DNA of 35,935 bases from an uncultured Nitrososphaeraceae archaeon (GTDB lineage: Archaea > Thermoproteota > Nitrososphaeria > Nitrososphaerales > Nitrososphaeraceae): assembly GCA_963837175.1 (NCBI GenBank), contig CAWIMJ010000015.1:1-35935 (forward strand), written 5' to 3'. Under the pieces are notes generated by a model. It had not been told where the DNA came from. It saw only the letters and a list, made by a program, of their open reading frames with translations, and ran no database searches. How positions within the stretch are numbered: position 1 is the stretch's first letter; each line of letters begins with the position of its first letter. Made by a program: the position numbers and the translations under genes. Positions 30,790 through 35,935 of this stretch are shown here, piece by piece.

Positions 30790-31854
30790 TTGACAATATC
30801 GGCATACATAATTAATAAAAAAACAATAAGACAAACCAATATTTCTGACCCCACAGCGCTTAGAAGGGAGATGGTGGAAAATCCTGAAGAGTCTTTATGG
30901 ATTCATGGGGATGAACCTGAAGATGTATTTCAATTACAAGGTATTTTCGGTCTACACCCATTATCAGTAGATGCAGTCATACATCAGAATCAGCCTTCAA
31001 AGATCGAGGAATATGATGAATATTTATTTGCAATTGTAGATGGAGTGAGATATGATGAAGAAGAACAAAAACAAAATAAAAATGATGGTGATGAATATAA
31101 TGTCAGGCTTATAGAAGACGATCTTTACATATTTTTTGAACGGCGTTGGATTATTACTATTAATTTCTATAATCATCAATTTGAAGAGAACATTCGAAAG
31201 AAAGTTAGAAACCTACAACAATCAATACCAACAAGTAAACAGTCATCTAGCAATAGTAGTAGTAAAGATCGTGGGGGCATCTATGGAATATGCGAAATTA
31301 TATATCGTCTTGCAATAGAGGAGATTATTTCAAGTTATTATCCTGTATTAGATAAAGCTAACAATCAAATTGAACAAATAGAAGAATACATACTTGAAAG
31401 TCCATCGAAGTCGCAGTTATCAAATATACTTATAGTTCGAAGAAAAATAAGTTTTTTGGAAGGTAGCCTAGGGATGGTTTCAAGATCTTTTCATGAGATT
31501 ATCAGTGGCGTTGTACAAACAAGGCTTAGCGATGATTCTAGAAGACAGATTCGTTCTCTTAATGACAGAGTCACATATTTAAGAAATAATATAGAGAATA
31601 TGCATCATAGAGTTATCAGTTTGCGAGAAGCTTATAATTCCTCGTTAACTGCGAATTTGAATGAAACTATCAGGACACTTACAGTTATTGCTACAATAGT
31701 CCTCCCTCTTACGTTGATAGCAGGTATTTATGGGATGAACTTTGATATAATGCCTGAATTGCATTCACAGTTTGGTTACTACTATGCTTTAGGTTTAATG
31801 GCAGCAGTAGGTGGCGGAATGATTGCTTATTTTAAATGGAAGAAGTGGATTTGA
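30790..31854 (+). CDS. corA: CorA-family Mg2+/Co2+ transporter
   Basis: FGLHPL, KIEEY, LNETIRTLT...PLTLIAGIYGMNF..MPEL; two C-terminal TM helices. Confidence 0.95.
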   Translation: MTISAYIINKKTIRQTNISDPTALRREMVENPEESLWIHGDEPEDVFQLQGIFGLHPLSVDAVIHQNQPSKIEEYDEYLFAIVDGVRYDEEEQKQNKNDGDEYNVRLIEDDLYIFFERRWIITINFYNHQFEENIRKKVRNLQQSIPTSKQSSSNSSSKDRGGIYGICEIIYRLAIEEIISSYYPVLDKANNQIEQIEEYILESPSKSQLSNILIVRRKISFLEGSLGMVSRSFHEIISGVVQTRLSDDSRRQIRSLNDRVTYLRNNIENMHHRVISLREAYNSSLTANLNETIRTLTVIATIVLPLTLIAGIYGMNFDIMPELHSQFGYYYALGLMAAVGGGMIAYFKWKKWI

Positions 31855-32099
31855 GCTGTAATAATAATGGCAGTCATTCAATATCTATTTCTTTGAAATT
31901 CAAGGTGTTTTCAAGTGTTTTATTTGAAAGTTCTTCTCAAGGCACTAATGAAGAATAACTGATTATGATACAAGGGTTACACTACCAAGATTAATTCGTG
32001 CAAAATATGAAAACCTACAATCAATTTGCTGATATAGCTATAAACAGCTATATTTGGTAGTTTTAGAAAAATTTACTATAATTGCAAACTACTGATTTA

Positions 32100-32290
32100 T
32101 CTATCAACAATATCACCTTTACTATTATGAAATATTTCTTCCTTCTCTGTTTTGTAGATATCACTTTGATCTGATGGATCTAAGAACGATGATGAAGCCA
32201 ATGATAAAGTAGGATTTAAAGAAGATGCGCCTGCTGTAGATACAGTATCATTGTCAATACTTCTATAAGGTTTTGGTAATTCGTTTCTGC
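32100..32290 (-). pseudogene. C-terminal shard of a repeated gene family (copy A)
   Basis: Encodes ...DQSDIYK...HNSKGDIVD; homologous to about 33955..34140. Confidence 0.5.
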
Positions 32291-32453
32291 TAAATCTAAT
32301 AGGATATCCTCTTATTAGATCCTTTTTTATTTTAGAATATATAATTATATTAGGATCGATATTAATTAGAATAACGCTTTAATAATAATATCTTATCAAA
32401 TAAAGTTATATATACTTCTACAAATTCTTGGTGGTAGTAGTGCTAAAAACATA

Positions 32454-33461
32454 ATGAAATTTAGATTTATAATTGCTACTTCTATTACATTGATAACAAT
32501 TCTAATAGGTACTACTGCTATTGCAATGCCAAATGCAGCTTATAGCCTTTCTTCTCCTCCGACTGTTCCCAACGGTGACACAACCAGGATTGTCAATGGT
32601 AAAAATAATAATAATAATAATAATAATAAAGAAGTAATCCTAAACTTTGACGATGGGTACAAGACCCAATATACTAATGCCAAGCCAATTCTAGACAAGT
32701 ATGGATATAAGGCTACTTTCTATATAATCTGCAACTATGTGGAAAATGGAGAGGGAGTAGTTCGTTCCAATGCTAGAATGAATTGGGAAGATATAACAGC
32801 ATTATACAAGGAAGGATATGATATAGGATCTCATAGTATGAATCATAAAGATCTTTCTCAAATGTCAAAAAAGATGTTAAATTTTGAAGTAGGTCAGTCA
32901 AAACAATGCCTTCTTGACCATGGCATTAATAATACCACAAGCTTTGCATATCCTTTTAATGGAGGATCTGATAAGGCAGCAGTAGTGGATATAGTTGCTA
33001 AATATTATGATATAGCTAGAACTGCTAGTGGTCCACTAATGTTTTTACATTGTGATGGATTTAAAGATGAATCAAGTCAGACTGATTGTAGAACATATTC
33101 TGGTGGTAATGATGGTAGCAAACTCAATTTTGTAAATAGGTACTCTATTATAGGTTGGAGCCATGATGCCGCACGGAGGGACAATTCATTTGATGATTCT
33201 GAATTGTTCAATAGATTCGTTGAAGTTGTCAATAGTCAGTCTATGTATAACACAAATGGTACAATAGACGCAATTCCTATAGTTATATGGCACAGAATAG
33301 ATAATGGCGGGGAAGGTAATCCAGACATTTCTGCTACTACTATAGGTCTATTTGAAAAAGAAATTAAATATTTACACGATAATGGCTTTAAGGTATTGAC
33401 AATGGCAGACCTTGGATACGATGAAAATAGCAATTATCTATATCTAAAAAAAGATAGATAG
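32454..33461 (+). CDS. Secreted polysaccharide deacetylase (NodB/CE4)
   Basis: Signal peptide; LNFDDG, KATFYI, IGSHSMNH, FAYPF, IWH motifs. Confidence 0.9.
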   Translation: MKFRFIIATSITLITILIGTTAIAMPNAAYSLSSPPTVPNGDTTRIVNGKNNNNNNNNKEVILNFDDGYKTQYTNAKPILDKYGYKATFYIICNYVENGEGVVRSNARMNWEDITALYKEGYDIGSHSMNHKDLSQMSKKMLNFEVGQSKQCLLDHGINNTTSFAYPFNGGSDKAAVVDIVAKYYDIARTASGPLMFLHCDGFKDESSQTDCRTYSGGNDGSKLNFVNRYSIIGWSHDAARRDNSFDDSELFNRFVEVVNSQSMYNTNGTIDAIPIVIWHRIDNGGEGNPDISATTIGLFEKEIKYLHDNGFKVLTMADLGYDENSNYLYLKKDR

Positions 33462-33642
33462 AAAGAAATAAGGAAACGACTAAACAATAGTTGCTCAAAC
33501 TATTCTTCTAACTGGATAGGTTTTGATCGAAAATGATTGGTCTTTTGGTGGTCTATAGCAGTAGGTCCAGAAAATATATCTCTACCCTTCTTTTGTTCAT
33601 GTATTTTATTAGCCTCTACCTAATAATGTAAATGATTTCTCC

Positions 33643-33894
33643 ATGGGCAGAACAATTCCTTCATTTCGAATAGCTAGTATAATGGAAGAAAAAGAATGGA
33701 AATCATTTAGAGATTCTCTTGCCAAATCAGAGAGAAAGATATTTGATGATATGTTTGCTATTTCTCATTTGTATAACTCTGCATGTTCTTATTCTGCCAA
33801 ATATGTTAGAATACACCCTATTTTCATGTCTATTATATTTCATCATTATAAACAACTTACAAAGCTCACTGAACAAATTGAAGAGAATGATTGA
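33643..33894 (+). CDS. Small 'MGRT' helical protein
   Basis: MGRTIPSFR...EWKSFRDSL...RKIFDDMF; shares W..F...L...R..F with 13590 and 28019. Confidence 0.75.
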   Translation: MGRTIPSFRIASIMEEKEWKSFRDSLAKSERKIFDDMFAISHLYNSACSYSAKYVRIHPIFMSIIFHHYKQLTKLTEQIEEND

Positions 33895-33954
33895 ATGGGT
33901 TGGTTGATTTAATCCCTAATTACCTATTAATCACGGCAGGCTGTTATTATATCA

Positions 33955-34140
33955 ATCAGCAATATCGCCTTTACTTTGTGATGTGAATCTGGCTCTTCCA
34001 TTCTATGGCTATCACTTTGATTAAATATGGTTAACAATATAGATGATGACCGCGGCAATGATAGGTGGTAATAAAGGGACGATATTTCTACGGGTTAAGT
34101 GGTATCCGTTGTGCTAGCACTTCTATAATATAATTCTGCT
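33955..34140 (-). pseudogene. C-terminal shard of a repeated gene family (copy B)
   Basis: Encodes ...NQSDS...EEP...SKGDIAD; homologous to 32100..32290. Confidence 0.5.
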
Positions 34141-34653
34141 CCATTATACTATAATCAGGTCAACCTTAAAGTTTTCTATCATTCTATTTTTGAGTATCAA
34201 TGCAGAGTTATTAGATTATCATATAAACTAAAACATCCTTACTTTAGTTCTTAAAGTTGGTCGTCATATCGATAATATTCAGGATTTAATCTAAAACCAA
34301 TAGTATGTTCATATGGGACCTCACTTAACCTTAGATGATAGTCTGAGTTTATTTTCTTTCTAAACTTATTCTGATATTATATCAGAAATATTCGAAAATT
34401 CTTCGTCATGATAAATAGATAGTTACTCATAAGAGTAACGCCTACAGTTATGAGCACAATAATGTACTCAGCTATATATCAAGACAGCAAACGCATGACT
34501 GCATAACAGGTCTGGTTCTCTATTTTCTACCCAACTTAATAGACATCTTTTCATTAAAACGTAATATATTACTCTGAATAAGGATAAAAAACAAACTATA
34601 AGAAATATACATATTTTATCATTTCTTTTGTCTTTACTGATAAAAGTGATTGA

Positions 34654-35415
34654 CTAAACACTTTGTAACAAAAGTTTATTAGAGCTCTCCTCTTCCTCTA
34701 ATCTAAGTAAATCTGAATATTTTATTAATTCATAACCTTCTTTTTCTTTTACATATTTAATCATATCAATTTGGTCTGCTAATGCTTCATCAGGATCATA
34801 TGGAGGATGAATAGCCATTCTAAATAACCCGTTAGTTTTGCCGTTGACATTGAATAATCTGTTATAAAACATCTGTTTGTTTTGCTCTAGTGTTTGTTTA
34901 TTCTTTTCTTTGTTTCCTTGTTGATCCCAATTCATAACAGGATGAAGTATATATTTTTTGCCTGCTTGAATAAAGTCAAGTTCTGTCATTGATTCGGAGA
35001 TGTTAAATTTCAATTCCTTTAATGCTTCTATACATTGACGGCTCAAATGCCATGCTGGTGGTATAAACATCGAAGGCCTTGGTAGTCTAGCAGCCAATAA
35101 AATATCTAAGCCTTTTTGGATCTCTTCCTTTTCTTCTTCTTTTGAATGTGTATCGAAATCGTCAAACTCTCCTTCTACTTGGTGATATAGTCCATGCAAA
35201 GTAAGCTCTACATTATCTGATTCTAATAATGAAGAAATCTTGTCGCAGAAAGCAACATAGTCTTTAAGATTGTATTTTTTTCTATAATATGGCACAATAC
35301 TCAGATTGTATCTGATTTTTAGTTTATTGAGTTCATATGATATTTTTAGTATTTTGTCTGAATGAGAAGGATTTACATCATGGATTGTTATAATTGCTAA
35401 TTTTCTATCTATCAT
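34654..35415 (-). CDS. DUF2334-like polysaccharide deacetylase-family protein
   Basis: TIHDVNP, LSIVP, LHGLYH, FIPPAW, RMAIHP motifs. Confidence 0.85.
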   Translation of the reverse strand: MIDRKLAIITIHDVNPSHSDKILKISYELNKLKIRYNLSIVPYYRKKYNLKDYVAFCDKISSLLESDNVELTLHGLYHQVEGEFDDFDTHSKEEEKEEIQKGLDILLAARLPRPSMFIPPAWHLSRQCIEALKELKFNISESMTELDFIQAGKKYILHPVMNWDQQGNKEKNKQTLEQNKQMFYNRLFNVNGKTNGLFRMAIHPPYDPDEALADQIDMIKYVKEKEGYELIKYSDLLRLEEEESSNKLLLQSV

Positions 35416-35935
35416 CCCAGCGCAATAATAAAAGGATATGATATTTTATGTTAATATGCTGACTTTTTTTCTTATTCAAGTCAATATAAGCAAACCGAAT
35501 TTGATCTTTATAACAGAAGTCTATCTAATCTTGCTATGACTTATTGGTAAAAATTCATATTTGCTTGAACCCTAGCCATAAATGGGTTCATATAATATTC
35601 TTTAATTATATCGCTACCAATAAAAAGTAACGTATTGTAGTGTTAAGGAGTTTTGAACTTTACATGTAAAGGATTCAATAGCATACTTTATTATTATTTT
35701 CAATTATTTGTTTTAATTCAATGTAAACCTTCAAAGGAATCAAAAGCAATCAAATTCAGTGATATTGAGACCTGCTTAGAGACGGTTTCGTTTTATTTGA
35801 TTATTATACAATAATCATCTTTATTCTCAATCCTCACTTCATTGCAATAATTCTATGAATCCTCTCCATTAACTCACTTTTTCAAAGGTTCATGATCTTT
35901 TTAGTTTACGGAACATGCAACAATAACGCTAATCT

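Noticed and set aside
32603-32628. (AAT)n run encoding poly-Asn
   Set aside because: In-frame low-complexity linker; a triplet repeat would not phase-vary the frame.
508-33907. Numerous short antisense or out-of-frame ORFs (e.g. 508, 1470, 3466, 6694, 13089, 14932, 18764, 24453, 26879, 30135, 33236)
   Set aside because: Shadows of better-supported genes on the other strand or frame.
1-35935. cas genes, tRNA or rRNA genes
   Set aside because: No Cas1/2/3/5/6/7 motifs, cloverleaf or rRNA-like sequence recognised. The 8518 ORF lacks the HD dyad and helicase motifs of Cas3; the wHTH proteins lack the CARF domain of Csa3.

Overview
AT-rich archaeal DNA. The gene families look like those of soil ammonia-oxidising archaea (Nitrososphaeraceae-like; inferred, not proven). 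The window is an accessory, mobile-element-rich region. The left end carries an intact SSV1-type tyrosine integrase preceded by an array of TTNTTAANAA palindromes, two paralogous winged-helix genes split by an IS630, a second integrase fragment, and a clean cas-less CRISPR array (9 x 30-bp repeats, 8 spacers, 5076-5648). The rest mixes intact cargo genes (sugar-phosphate nucleotidyltransferase, response regulator, CorA, two deacetylase-like proteins, a papain-like enzyme with a partner gene) with IS630, IS5 and other DDE transposase remnants. It also holds several multi-copy families (HTH-coiled-coil, RHH-Gln-rich, small helical proteins) and many 50-300 bp gene shards. The best candidates for undescribed systems are: (1) an unannotated 34-aa signal-peptide-only ORF predicted to release a pentapeptide (LIAAN), with a polytopic membrane protein as possible receptor; (2) the integrase / twin-wHTH / orphan CRISPR module; (3) a papain-like enzyme translationally coupled to a free-standing copy of its own N-terminal domain. 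All family assignments come from motif reading by eye; no searches were run.
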